Origin: Rhizobium sp.
GTDB lineage: Bacteria > Pseudomonadota > Alphaproteobacteria > Rhizobiales > Rhizobiaceae
Direction of reading: 5' to 3'
DNA length: 53,788 bases
NCBI GenBank assembly: GCA_036722275.1
Contig: DAIMJJ010000001.1
Span: forward strand, 1-53,788
The position numbers and the translations under genes are program-made. The notes under the pieces were generated by a model, which made no database searches, was not told the DNA's origin, and saw only the letters and a list, made by a program, of their open reading frames with translations. This document shows positions 30,872-40,413 of this stretch, piece after piece. Position 1 is the first letter of the stretch; the number at the start of each line of letters is the position of its first letter.

Positions 30872-30913
30872 TTGACATAACATATTTCGTAGTATATTAC
30901 GATGCATATTACA
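30872..30913 (+). promoter_or_regulatory. Sigma-70-like promoter overlapped by a candidate GntR operator
   Basis: TTGACA at 30872; palindrome TCGTAGTATATTACGA (30887-30902); YATATTWCR repeated three times at a 12-bp period. Confidence 0.55.
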
Positions 30914-30947
30914 GCTTGAGGGGGTCGCCCCCCTCCGGGAGGGGCTC

Positions 30948-31607
30948 TTGGCGAAAATTCTGGTGATCAATCCGAACAGCTCGAAGGCGGTGACGCGCTC
31001 CATGGAGGCGTGCCTTCAGGTGTTCTCGCCGAGCCGCCACGAAATCCGCTGCATCGAACTGGAAGCCGCCCCGCCGGGCATCGAGACCGATGCGCATGTC
31101 GCCGAGGTCGTGCCTTTGTTGGTCGATGCCGCCGGCCGCACAGATGCAGACGCCATCGTCATCGCCTGCTTCTCCGACCCGGGCATTTCGGCCGTCAGGG
31201 CCGCGACCGACATTCCGGTCATCGGCATTGCCGAGGCCGCCTATCTCGCCGCGCTCGGCCTCGGCGCTCGCTTCGGCATCGCGTCCATGGGGCAGTCCTC
31301 GATCCTGCGCCATCGCCGCTATCTGGAGGCCTTGAAGATCGACGGCCGGCTCGCCGGCGACCGCTCCATCGACATGACCGTGTCCGAACTTGTGGCGACG
31401 GACGCCATCACGCCCGTCACCCGCATCGGCGCGACCCTTCGCGATCAGGACGGGGCGGAGGTCGTGATCCTCGGCTGTGCCGGGCTCGGCTCCTATCGCG
31501 CGGCCGTGCAGGCCGAACTCGGCATCCCGGTCATCGACCCCGTGCAGGCCGGCGTCGCCCTCGCCGCAACGCAGGCCGAACTTGGCTACGCAAGGAGACG
31601 CGCATGA
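30948..31607 (+). CDS. Asp/Glu/hydantoin (allantoin) racemase
   Basis: ILVINPNSS, both catalytic Cys (IACFSDPG, LGCAG), PVIDPV. Confidence 0.88.
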   Translation: MAKILVINPNSSKAVTRSMEACLQVFSPSRHEIRCIELEAAPPGIETDAHVAEVVPLLVDAAGRTDADAIVIACFSDPGISAVRAATDIPVIGIAEAAYLAALGLGARFGIASMGQSSILRHRRYLEALKIDGRLAGDRSIDMTVSELVATDAITPVTRIGATLRDQDGAEVVILGCAGLGSYRAAVQAELGIPVIDPVQAGVALAATQAELGYARRRA

Positions 31608-32983
31608 CCATCGACCTGATCATTCGTGGCCGCGTGGTCACGCCGCAGGCGACGCTTGAAGACGGTTGGGTGGCGATCAGCGGACCGACGATCCATTCGG
31701 TCGGAGAGGGCAAGCCCCCGGAAGCCTTGGCGATCCATGACACCGGAGACGCTTACGTCTTCCCCGGCATCATTGACGGTCAGACGCATGCCGGAAGTTA
31801 TCTCGGCCTTCCGGGCATCGAGCCGACCACGCGCTCGGCGATCGCCGGCGGCGTGACCACCATCGTCGATATGCCCTATGACAATCCCGCGCCGCTCAGC
31901 ACAACCGAGCATCTGGCGGCCAAAGTCGATGCCGTCACGCGTCATGCGCATTGTGACGTCGCGCTCTATGGCACGGTCATGCCGGGCCAGGCGCTCGGCG
32001 AGGTGTCCAGTCTTGCCGAAGGGGGCGTCGTCGCCTTCAAGATCTCGGCCTTCGAAAGCAGCCCGACACGGTTTCCGCGCATCGACGCCGCCCTTACGCT
32101 GGACCTGCTCGAAGCGCTCGCCTCCACGGATCTTCCACTCGGCCTGCACAACGAGGACCAGGAAATCGTTCGCGCCCGCGTTGCCAGAGCGAGAGCCGAA
32201 GGCAGAAACGGCATTGCCGCCCATTCGCCGAGCCGTCCGCCGGCGGCCGAGATGGCCTCGACCGCGCATTTCCTGGAACTCGCCGCCAGCGCCGGTGCGC
32301 ATGCCCATATTGTGCACATCAGCAGCCCGCGCGGCTTCCGCCTCGTCGACCACTATGCCCGCGATGGCTTCCGCGCCACCGGTGAGCTCTGCGTCCACTA
32401 TCTCTGGTTCGACCCGGATCGCGACGGCGAGGAGCTGGGCGCGCGCATGAAGGTCAACCCGCCCATCCGTCCCGGGCAGATCGACGCCCTTTGGCAGGAG
32501 CTCGTTGAGGGCCGAATCGCCTTCGTCAGCTCCGACCATTCCAGCTGGCCGATCGACAACAAGTTCACCGACAGCATCTTCGATGCCGGGGCCGGTGTGC
32601 CCGGCATGGAGACGTTGCTGCCCGCCTTCCTCACGGTCGCGCGCGACCGGGGCGCCGATGCAGCACGACTGACCGCGGAATACCTGGCCGAACGTTCTGC
32701 CCGCTTCTTCGGGCTCTCCCCGCGGAAAGGCGCCCTCGTCGCCGGCGCCGATGCCGATATCACGATCTTCGCAGAGGGCGAGCACGTCTGGGATGCCAGC
32801 CGGGCAGAGGACGGCCTGCGCTGGAGCCCCTATGACGGGCGCCGCTTCGCCGGCCGCGTCGTCGGCACCTATCTCGCCGGCAGGCTCGCCTATGACGGGA
32901 CCGCGGTCCTCAACGCACCGGGCAGCGGCCGTTATCTGGCGAGGGGCAATTCCAAGTGGTTTGAGGAGAACCGGAAAGCATGA
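31604..32983 (+). CDS. Cyclic amidohydrolase (allantoinase/dihydroorotase/hydantoinase family)
   Basis: PGIIDGQTH, AGGVTTIVDMP, FK, HNED, HIVHIS, KVNPPIR, SDHS, WSPYDG. Confidence 0.85.
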   Translation: MTIDLIIRGRVVTPQATLEDGWVAISGPTIHSVGEGKPPEALAIHDTGDAYVFPGIIDGQTHAGSYLGLPGIEPTTRSAIAGGVTTIVDMPYDNPAPLSTTEHLAAKVDAVTRHAHCDVALYGTVMPGQALGEVSSLAEGGVVAFKISAFESSPTRFPRIDAALTLDLLEALASTDLPLGLHNEDQEIVRARVARARAEGRNGIAAHSPSRPPAAEMASTAHFLELAASAGAHAHIVHISSPRGFRLVDHYARDGFRATGELCVHYLWFDPDRDGEELGARMKVNPPIRPGQIDALWQELVEGRIAFVSSDHSSWPIDNKFTDSIFDAGAGVPGMETLLPAFLTVARDRGADAARLTAEYLAERSARFFGLSPRKGALVAGADADITIFAEGEHVWDASRAEDGLRWSPYDGRRFAGRVVGTYLAGRLAYDGTAVLNAPGSGRYLARGNSKWFEENRKA

Positions 32984-33378
32984 ACACGACGGCACCCGCA
33001 CGACCGGACAATGGCAAGGTCGAGAAGGCGATCACCTTTCTCTACTATGTCGATCTGCCCAAGGCCTTCGCCTTTTACACCGAGGTGATGGGCTTTCCGC
33101 TGGAGATCGACCAGGGCTGGTCGAAGATCCTGCGCATTGCCGACAATGCCTATGTCGGCCTGGTCGACGAGACGCGCGGCATGCACCGGGCCCATCCGGT
33201 CAAGCCAGTCCAGCTGTGCATCCGCGTCCCGGACGTCGATGCATGGCACCGTTATCTCGCGGCCCATCAGGTCGCGGCGCTCACCGAGACCAAGGACAGT
33301 CTTTCCCTGGGGATCCGCGCCTTCGTGCTCGAGGATCCCGAGGGCTACCAGATCGAGGTGCAGACCGCACTGAGATGA
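32980..33378 (+). CDS. VOC/glyoxalase-family protein
   Basis: VDLPKAFAFYTEVMGF, VPDVDAWH, DPEGYQIE. Confidence 0.82.
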   Translation: MNTTAPARPDNGKVEKAITFLYYVDLPKAFAFYTEVMGFPLEIDQGWSKILRIADNAYVGLVDETRGMHRAHPVKPVQLCIRVPDVDAWHRYLAAHQVAALTETKDSLSLGIRAFVLEDPEGYQIEVQTALR

Positions 33379-33424
33379 ACCTTCTGCATGCAAACGGATC
33401 GGCATATCAAAAAGGGGAACTTAA

Positions 33425-34993
33425 ATGCTGAATTTACGCATGAAATCGGGCCGCAGCGCAGTTTTCGCCGCCGCGGTCTTCCTGGCCTCCACCGCCTTGA
33501 GCGGCATGGCCTTCGCCAAGGAACTGACGGTCGGCCTGACCTCCGATGCGGTCAACCTCGATCCCCAGGCGGGCGAGGAGCTGTCCAGCAACATTCTCTT
33601 CTACCACATCTATGACCCGCTGGTCCGGCGCAATGCCGACCTCGCCTTCGGCCCGGGCCTTGCGGAAAGCTGGGACCTGACAGACGACACGACCTGGGTC
33701 TTCAAGCTGCGCAAGGGCGTCAAGTTCCACAACGGCGAGGAATTCAAGGCGTCCGACGTGGTCTTCACCCTCGACCGCCTGAAGAAGTCGCTGATGGCGA
33801 ACCTCGGGGCAAACATTGCCTCGTTCAAGGCGATCGACGATTACACCGTCGAGATCAAGACCCCGCGCCCTTACGCCGTTCTGCCGAACGATCTGGCCGC
33901 GGTCCTCATTCTCAATGAGAAATACGCCAAGGAAGTCGGCGACGAGCAGCTTGACCTGAAGCCCGTCGGCACCGGTCCCTACAAGCTCGTCGAATGGGTC
34001 AAGGAAGACCATATCACGCTTGCCGCCAACCCGGACTATTACGCCGGGGCCCCGAAGATCGACGAGGTGACCTTCCGTCCGATCACCAATGGCGCAACCC
34101 GCACCGCAGCGCTTCTGACCGGCGAAGTCGATGTGATCCAGGATCTGAACGTCCGCGACGTCGATCGCGTCAAGGCCGACGACCGCTACAAGGTGATGAC
34201 CAAGCCGAGCCTGCTCAACGTCGTCGTCTCGATCGACCACCGCGAGAAGAGCCCGACCATCGCGCTCGACAAGAACCCGATGACCGATCGTCGCGTTCGC
34301 GAAGCCATGGTGCGCGCGATCGACGTCGCCGCCATCAACAAGATCATCATGAACGGCCTGTCGACGCCTTCCGAGCAATATGTGCCGGCCTCGCACACCG
34401 GCTATGTCGACGGGGCGAGCTTCCGCGACATGTATCCCTTCGACCTGGAAAAGGCGGCACAGCTGATGGCAGAAGCCGGCTATGCAGACGGCTTCACGGT
34501 GACCCTCGACACCACCAACAACCGCTATGTCAACGATCAGCAGATCGCCCAGGCGCTTGCGTCCATGCTCGGCAAGATCAAGATCGACCTCAAGCTGAAC
34601 CTGATGCCGAAGTCGAACTTCTTCGGCTACATCCGCGTGCCGAGCGACAAGTCGAGCATGATCATGAGCGGCTGGGACGTTCCCTCGGGCGACGGTGGAT
34701 CAATGTACAGCGTGATGTTCTACTCGCGCGACAAGAAGGAAGGCTACGGCCAGGTCAACCGTGGCTCCTACTCGAACCCGAAGGTCGATGAGCTGATCGA
34801 CAAGGCCGACGCCACGCCGAAGCTCGAGGAACGCGACGCCTACCTGCAGGAGGTCACCAAGATCCTGATGCAGGACATTCCGATGATCCCGATCCACTAT
34901 GAGCAGGACCTGTATGCGGCTAAGACCAATGTCGAGATGACGCCGCGCGCCGACAAGTTCCTGTGGGCCTACGAGATCGACGTCAAGGAATAG
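33425..34993 (+). CDS. Family-5 (Dpp/Opp-type) ABC substrate-binding protein
   Basis: Signal peptide ending AFA, LRKGVKFHNG, GTGPYK, RVREAM. Confidence 0.92.
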   Translation: MLNLRMKSGRSAVFAAAVFLASTALSGMAFAKELTVGLTSDAVNLDPQAGEELSSNILFYHIYDPLVRRNADLAFGPGLAESWDLTDDTTWVFKLRKGVKFHNGEEFKASDVVFTLDRLKKSLMANLGANIASFKAIDDYTVEIKTPRPYAVLPNDLAAVLILNEKYAKEVGDEQLDLKPVGTGPYKLVEWVKEDHITLAANPDYYAGAPKIDEVTFRPITNGATRTAALLTGEVDVIQDLNVRDVDRVKADDRYKVMTKPSLLNVVVSIDHREKSPTIALDKNPMTDRRVREAMVRAIDVAAINKIIMNGLSTPSEQYVPASHTGYVDGASFRDMYPFDLEKAAQLMAEAGYADGFTVTLDTTNNRYVNDQQIAQALASMLGKIKIDLKLNLMPKSNFFGYIRVPSDKSSMIMSGWDVPSGDGGSMYSVMFYSRDKKEGYGQVNRGSYSNPKVDELIDKADATPKLEERDAYLQEVTKILMQDIPMIPIHYEQDLYAAKTNVEMTPRADKFLWAYEIDVKE

Positions 34994-35016
34994 CCCCCGC
35001 TTTTCCTTCGTCAATG

Positions 35017-35043
35017 GGGTGTGCCGGCGGCGCCGGCGCACCC
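35017..35043. other. Intercistronic hairpin 3' of the binding-protein gene
   Basis: GGGTGTGCCGGC-GGC-GCCGGCGCACCC (one G-U pair). Confidence 0.5.
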
Positions 35044-35078
35044 TCAGTCTGCGATGCGATCAAGGATGGAACACTGTC

Positions 35079-36044
35079 TTGCTTGGCTATACGATTAAGC
35101 GGCTCCTGCAGATGGTGCTGGTGCTCTTTGCCGTTTCGGTCATCGTCTTCCTGATGATGAGCTTTACCGGCGACCCTGTCTTCATGGTCATCCCGATCGA
35201 TTCCACGGCCGCCGAGATCGAGCAGGCCCGCAGGCTTCTCGGGCTCGACCAGTCCCTCCTCAGCCAGTACTGGATCTTCCTCAGCAACCTGCTGCAGGGC
35301 GATTTCGGCCGGTCATATGTCTTCCGGCAACCCGCTATGGATCTCATCCTGGAGCGCCTGCCCGCCACCGTCGAGATGGTCCTTGTCGCCATCACGATCG
35401 CAACCGTGGTGGCGGTGCCGCTCGGGGTCTATGCCGGGGCCAATCCGAACAAGCCCACCTCGCGCGGCATCATGGCCGGGTCTCTGCTCGGGATTTCGCT
35501 CCCCGGCTTCTGGGTCGGCATGATGCTGATATTCTTCTTCTCGGTGCGCCACCAGCTACTGCCGTCCTCGGGACGCGGCGACACGGTCGAAATTCTCGGC
35601 CTGCGCCTGTCCATTCTGACCGCCGACGGCTGGTCTCACATCATCCTGCCGGCGCTGACGCTTGCGCTCGCCACGCTCGCCATCATGCTGCGCATCACCC
35701 GCGCAGGCATGATGGAGGTCATGCGACAGGACTATATCCGCTTTGCCCGCGCCAAGGGCGCGTCGCGCCGCAACATCCTCTTCAAGCACGGCCTGAAGAA
35801 TGCGCTGATCCCGGTGGTCACCATTTTCGGGCTGCAACTGGGCGATCTGATTGCCTTCGCCACCATCACCGAAACCATCTTCGCCTGGCCCGGCACCGGC
35901 AAGCTTCTGATCGATTCCATCTATCGCGGCGACCGCCCGGTGATCGTCGTCTACCTGATGCTCACCGCCTTCATCTTCGTGGCCATCAACTTCATCGTCG
36001 ACATCGTCTACACGGTGATCGATCCGCGCATCACCGTCAAATGA
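35079..36044 (+). CDS. DppB-like permease
   Basis: GDFGRSY, ERLPATVE, DYIRFARAKG, DPRI; probable TTG start at 35079. Confidence 0.9.
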   Translation: MLGYTIKRLLQMVLVLFAVSVIVFLMMSFTGDPVFMVIPIDSTAAEIEQARRLLGLDQSLLSQYWIFLSNLLQGDFGRSYVFRQPAMDLILERLPATVEMVLVAITIATVVAVPLGVYAGANPNKPTSRGIMAGSLLGISLPGFWVGMMLIFFFSVRHQLLPSSGRGDTVEILGLRLSILTADGWSHIILPALTLALATLAIMLRITRAGMMEVMRQDYIRFARAKGASRRNILFKHGLKNALIPVVTIFGLQLGDLIAFATITETIFAWPGTGKLLIDSIYRGDRPVIVVYLMLTAFIFVAINFIVDIVYTVIDPRITVK

Positions 36045-36051
36045 GGGCGTC

Positions 36052-36924
36052 ATGACCGGGTTTCTCTCATCGGAATTCGTCTATCACTATCGCCGCAACC
36101 TGCCGGCGATCTTCGGCAGCGCCCTCCTCGTCTTCTTCGCCGTGATCGCGATCTTCGGTCCGCTGCTGGTGTCGCAGGACCCTTACGACGTCTCGCAGCT
36201 GGAGCTGATGGACAGCTTCAAGCCACCCGTCTGGCTCGAAGGCGGCGATAGCCGCTATCTTCTCGGCACCGACGGACAGGGCCGCGATGTCCTCGCATCG
36301 ATCGTCTATGGCGCCCGTATCTCCGCCTTCATCGGGCTCGCGGCAATGCTCTGCTCGTGCGTGATCGGCACCGCACTTGGCCTCCTCTCCGGCTATTACG
36401 GCGGGATCGTAGACAGCATCATCATGCGCATCGCCGATATACAGCTGTCCTTCCCGTCCATGCTGATCGCGCTCTTCCTGATGTCGGCCTTCGGCACCGG
36501 TATCGGCATGGTGCTGATCGCGCTCACCGCCGTCGGCTGGGTCGTCTACGCCCGCACGGTGCGCGGCTCGACGCTCAGCGAGATCCAGAAGGAATACATC
36601 CAGGCGGCGCGTGTGGCCGGTCTCGGCAACATCGAGATCATCCTGCGCCATGTGCTGCCCAACGTCATGACGCCGCTGATCGTCGTCTCGACGATCCAGG
36701 TCGGCTCCTTCATCCTGATCGAGGCATCGCTCAGCTTCCTCGGCGTCGGCGTCCCGATCACCGAACCCTCGCTCGGCCTTCTGGTCAAGGAGGGATTCGA
36801 CGTGCTCTTCTCGGGCATCTGGTGGACCTCCGCCTTCCCGGGGCTGTTCATCATGTTCCTCGTCTTCGGCATCAACCTGTTCGGCGATTTCCTGCGCGAC
36901 GAACTCAATCCGCGACTGCGTTGA
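36052..36924 (+). CDS. DppC-like permease
   Basis: LGTDGQGRD, EYIQAAR, RHVLPN, GDFLRDELNPR. Confidence 0.9.
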   Translation: MTGFLSSEFVYHYRRNLPAIFGSALLVFFAVIAIFGPLLVSQDPYDVSQLELMDSFKPPVWLEGGDSRYLLGTDGQGRDVLASIVYGARISAFIGLAAMLCSCVIGTALGLLSGYYGGIVDSIIMRIADIQLSFPSMLIALFLMSAFGTGIGMVLIALTAVGWVVYARTVRGSTLSEIQKEYIQAARVAGLGNIEIILRHVLPNVMTPLIVVSTIQVGSFILIEASLSFLGVGVPITEPSLGLLVKEGFDVLFSGIWWTSAFPGLFIMFLVFGINLFGDFLRDELNPRLR

Positions 36925-36941
36925 TGGAGGAGGCAAGCAAC

Positions 36942-37922
36942 ATGACCGACACTCTACTCGATATCCGCGGCCTCAAGACCCATTTCCACACCTTCGGCGG
37001 ATTGGTGAAAGCCGTCGACGGCGTCAGCTTCGACGTCAGGAAGGGCGAAGTGATCGGCCTCGTCGGCGAGTCCGGCGGCGGAAAATCCGTCATCGGCTTC
37101 TCCATCCTGCGGTTGATCGATCCACCGGGCCGCATCGAGGCCGGCGAGATCCTCTTTGCCGGCGAGGATCTGGCCCGCAAGAGCGAGGAGGAAATGCGCG
37201 CCGTTCGCGGCGGCGACATCGCCATGGTCTTCCAGGATCCCTTGACCTCGCTCAACCCGGTCTACACCGTGGGTCGCCAGATGGACGAGATGCTGCGCCT
37301 CCACACCGATCTCAACGAGGCGGCCCGCCGGGCCCGCTGCATCCGGATGCTCGAGGAGGTCGGCATTTCCGAAGCGGCAAGCCGGCTCGACGCCTATCCG
37401 CACCAGTTCTCCGGCGGCATGCGCCAGCGTGTCGTCATCGCCATCGCCCTCCTCGCCGGCTCCCGCCTCATCATTGCCGATGAACCGACCACCGCCCTCG
37501 ACGTGACCGTGCAGGCGCAGATCCTGAAGCTGATGCGGCGCCAGATCACCGAGCGCGGTGCGGCCATGATCCTCGTCACCCACGATCTGGCCGTGGTCTC
37601 CGAAATGGCCGACCGCGTCGTCGTCCTTTATTGCGGCAAGGTGGTCGAGCGCGGACGAACCGAAGACATCATCAACCGCCCCGCCCATCCCTACACACGC
37701 GGCCTGCTCGACAGCATTCCCCGCATTACCGACCGCCAGCACCGTCTGCGCCAGATCCCCGGCACCGTGCCGGACATCCGCAAGCTGGGCGTCGGCTGCA
37801 GCTTTCGCGACCGCTGTTTTCGAGCCCAGGCGCTGTGCGCCGAAAAGACGCCCGAGCTTGCCCCCGTTCGCGCCTCGCTCGACGCCGCCTGCCACTTTCC
37901 GCTCGAGGAGCAAAGCGCATGA
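36942..37922 (+). CDS. DppD-like ATPase
   Basis: GESGGGKS, YPHQFSGGMRQR, ADEPTTALD, HPYT, C-terminal Cys cluster. Confidence 0.92.
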   Translation: MTDTLLDIRGLKTHFHTFGGLVKAVDGVSFDVRKGEVIGLVGESGGGKSVIGFSILRLIDPPGRIEAGEILFAGEDLARKSEEEMRAVRGGDIAMVFQDPLTSLNPVYTVGRQMDEMLRLHTDLNEAARRARCIRMLEEVGISEAASRLDAYPHQFSGGMRQRVVIAIALLAGSRLIIADEPTTALDVTVQAQILKLMRRQITERGAAMILVTHDLAVVSEMADRVVVLYCGKVVERGRTEDIINRPAHPYTRGLLDSIPRITDRQHRLRQIPGTVPDIRKLGVGCSFRDRCFRAQALCAEKTPELAPVRASLDAACHFPLEEQSA

Positions 37923-38950
37923 CCACCCCCGTTCTCGACGTCCGCGGCCTGGTGAAGGCCTTCCCCGTCGGCGGCGGATTCTTTGATCGGCTGCAATTCG
38001 GCAAGGGCCGCCTGCTCGCGCCGCAGGGAGTTCTGCGGGCGGTCAACGGCGTCGACCTGTCGATCGCTCCCGGCGAGGTCCTGGCGCTGGTCGGCGAATC
38101 CGGTTGCGGCAAGTCCACCGTCGCCAAGACCATTGCCCGCATCTACGAGCCGACCGCCGGCGAAATCCGTATCGACGGCGAGGACGTCTCGCGTCTCGGC
38201 TTCCGTCAGATGCGCCCGATCCGGCGCAAGCTGCAGATGATCTTCCAGGATCCTTATGCCTCGCTTGATCCCCGGCAGCGGGTCAAGGACATCGTCATCG
38301 AGCCGCGGCGCGCCCAGGCCGAGGGCCGACAGAGCCGACAGCGGCTGGAGGAAGAGGCGATTGCGCTGCTGGCCCGGGTCGGGCTCAATGCCGAACAGGC
38401 AAACCGCTACCCGCATCAGTTCTCCGGTGGCCAGAGACAGCGCATTGGCATTGCCCGCGCGCTTTCCGTGCGACCCAAGCTCATCATTGCTGACGAGCCG
38501 GTTTCCGCGCTCGATGTCTCCATCCAGGCGCAGATCCTCAACCTGATGATGGATCTGCGCGACGAGTTCGGGCTTTCCTATCTCTTCGTCTCGCATGATC
38601 TCTCGGTGGTGCACCACATCGCCGACAGGATCGGCGTCATGTATCTCGGCTTCATGGTGGAGACGGCGCCGCGCGACCAGCTCTTCAGCCAGCCGAAGCA
38701 CCCCTATACCCAGGTTCTGCTTTCGGCGGCGCCGACGATCGACAAATCGGTAGAGAAACCGAAGATCGAGATCGTCGGGGAAGTGCCAAGCGCCCTTCGC
38801 CTGCCATCGGGCTGTTGCTTCCGCACTCGTTGCCCCATGGCCTTCGACCGCTGCGCTGAAGAGCGCCCTGCGCTGAAGCCGCAAGCGGATGGCAGCTCGG
38901 TTGCCTGCCACCTGCATGATACCGATTCGAACACCAGGAGCCTCTCATGA
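37919..38950 (+). CDS. DppF-like ATPase
   Basis: GESGCGKS, FSGGQRQR, DEPVSALD, HPYT, C-terminal Cys cluster. Confidence 0.92.
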   Translation: MTTPVLDVRGLVKAFPVGGGFFDRLQFGKGRLLAPQGVLRAVNGVDLSIAPGEVLALVGESGCGKSTVAKTIARIYEPTAGEIRIDGEDVSRLGFRQMRPIRRKLQMIFQDPYASLDPRQRVKDIVIEPRRAQAEGRQSRQRLEEEAIALLARVGLNAEQANRYPHQFSGGQRQRIGIARALSVRPKLIIADEPVSALDVSIQAQILNLMMDLRDEFGLSYLFVSHDLSVVHHIADRIGVMYLGFMVETAPRDQLFSQPKHPYTQVLLSAAPTIDKSVEKPKIEIVGEVPSALRLPSGCCFRTRCPMAFDRCAEERPALKPQADGSSVACHLHDTDSNTRSLS

Positions 38951-40413
38951 GTGCCGCCGCCATCATCGCCCAGCCGCGTCTGGCGCTGGAAGATCCACAC
39001 GACTGCACCGACGCCAACGACATGCTCGCCGTGTTCGACGCCCTGTTCGACGGACTGGTCCGCTACGGCAACGATTGCGGCTATGTGTCGGCCCTCGCCC
39101 GCTCCTGGGAGGTGCGCGACGACGCGAAGCAGTGGACGTTTACGCTGCGCGACGGGCTGACCTTCCACGACGGCAGTGTGTGCGACGCCGAAGCGGTGCG
39201 CCTGTCGCTGACCCGCATGGCACGGCCGGACAAGGGCTATACGCTCGGCGCACCCGGCGTCTGGTACCAGTATCTCGGCGACGCCTCGATCGAGGCGTTG
39301 GACCCGCTGACCCTGCGCATTACGCTCTCACGGCCGATCGCCGACCTGCTCGACATCCTGGTCTACGGCTATGTCGTGGCCCCGAGCAGCCTCGATGCGC
39401 TCGAGGCGGGCGATACCACGCGACCGGTCGGCACCGGGCCCTATCGGCTCGTCGGTTACGATCCGCAACACGAGATCCGCCTGGAGCGGTTCGACGGTTG
39501 GCACGGGACGCCTCCTGCAAACAAGGCTCTTTGCTTCCGGCTGGAACGCGATGCGTCGCGACGGCTGGACATGCTGCTGAGCGGAGAGGCCCAACTGACC
39601 AACAGCCTCGACTTTCGCGCCTCGCAGGCCCTCGCCGCGACTGCGGATCACACGCGTGTGGTGTCGCTCGTCCCGGTCGCCATCATCTATCTATTCAATG
39701 CTGCACGCGGCCCGCTCGCCGATCCGCGCGTACGCCGGGCGTTGAACCTGGCCATCGACCGGCAGGCGCTGATCGACGGCGTGGTCCACGGCGCCGCCCG
39801 ACCCTTGACCGGCTTTGTCAGTCCGGTCCATTTCGGCAGTGCGCCCTCGCAGATCTCCGGCCCGGAACTCGATGAAGCCCGACGCCTCCTGACCGAGGCC
39901 GGCCATGGTGATGGCCTCGTGCTTGAGGTCGATTGCCCAACCCGATTGCCCGACGAAGCCGAGGCTTTGACGGCAGCGGTGGAGAAACAGTTGTCGGCCG
40001 TCGGTGTGAGCTTCAAGGTGCATCGCCACGAGGACCGCGAAGCCTATGCCCATGGCGTGCGGCTGAAGAAGGTGCGCGACATGTGCGTCTTCGATTCAAG
40101 CCCCTTGAGCACCTTCCGCATCCTTGCCGAAAAGATCGATGCGCGCATGGCCGGTTCCTGGTGGCTCGGCTTCCACAATGCCGAGGTGGAAACCCTTCTG
40201 GATCAGGGCCGCTCCATCGTCGATGACGACACCCGCGCTGGCATCTACCACAAGGCCTACCGGGCTCTGCAGGCGGACCCGCCCTGGCTCTACCTCTACA
40301 ATCCCTTGCGCGCAACGGGCCTTTCCGGCTCCTGGCCCGACTGGAGCATGCGCCATGACGGCGTGCTCGACGTGACGCGGCTGCCGGCCTTTGCCTTGGG
40401 GGAACCGCGATGA
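38947..40413 (+). CDS. Second family-5 binding protein, no recognisable signal peptide
   Basis: FTLRDGLTFHDG, GTGPYR, DPRVRRALNLAIDR. The N-terminus is acidic and polar, with an ATGA overlap and AGGAG RBS. Confidence 0.85.
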   Translation: MSAAAIIAQPRLALEDPHDCTDANDMLAVFDALFDGLVRYGNDCGYVSALARSWEVRDDAKQWTFTLRDGLTFHDGSVCDAEAVRLSLTRMARPDKGYTLGAPGVWYQYLGDASIEALDPLTLRITLSRPIADLLDILVYGYVVAPSSLDALEAGDTTRPVGTGPYRLVGYDPQHEIRLERFDGWHGTPPANKALCFRLERDASRRLDMLLSGEAQLTNSLDFRASQALAATADHTRVVSLVPVAIIYLFNAARGPLADPRVRRALNLAIDRQALIDGVVHGAARPLTGFVSPVHFGSAPSQISGPELDEARRLLTEAGHGDGLVLEVDCPTRLPDEAEALTAAVEKQLSAVGVSFKVHRHEDREAYAHGVRLKKVRDMCVFDSSPLSTFRILAEKIDARMAGSWWLGFHNAEVETLLDQGRSIVDDDTRAGIYHKAYRALQADPPWLYLYNPLRATGLSGSWPDWSMRHDGVLDVTRLPAFALGEPR

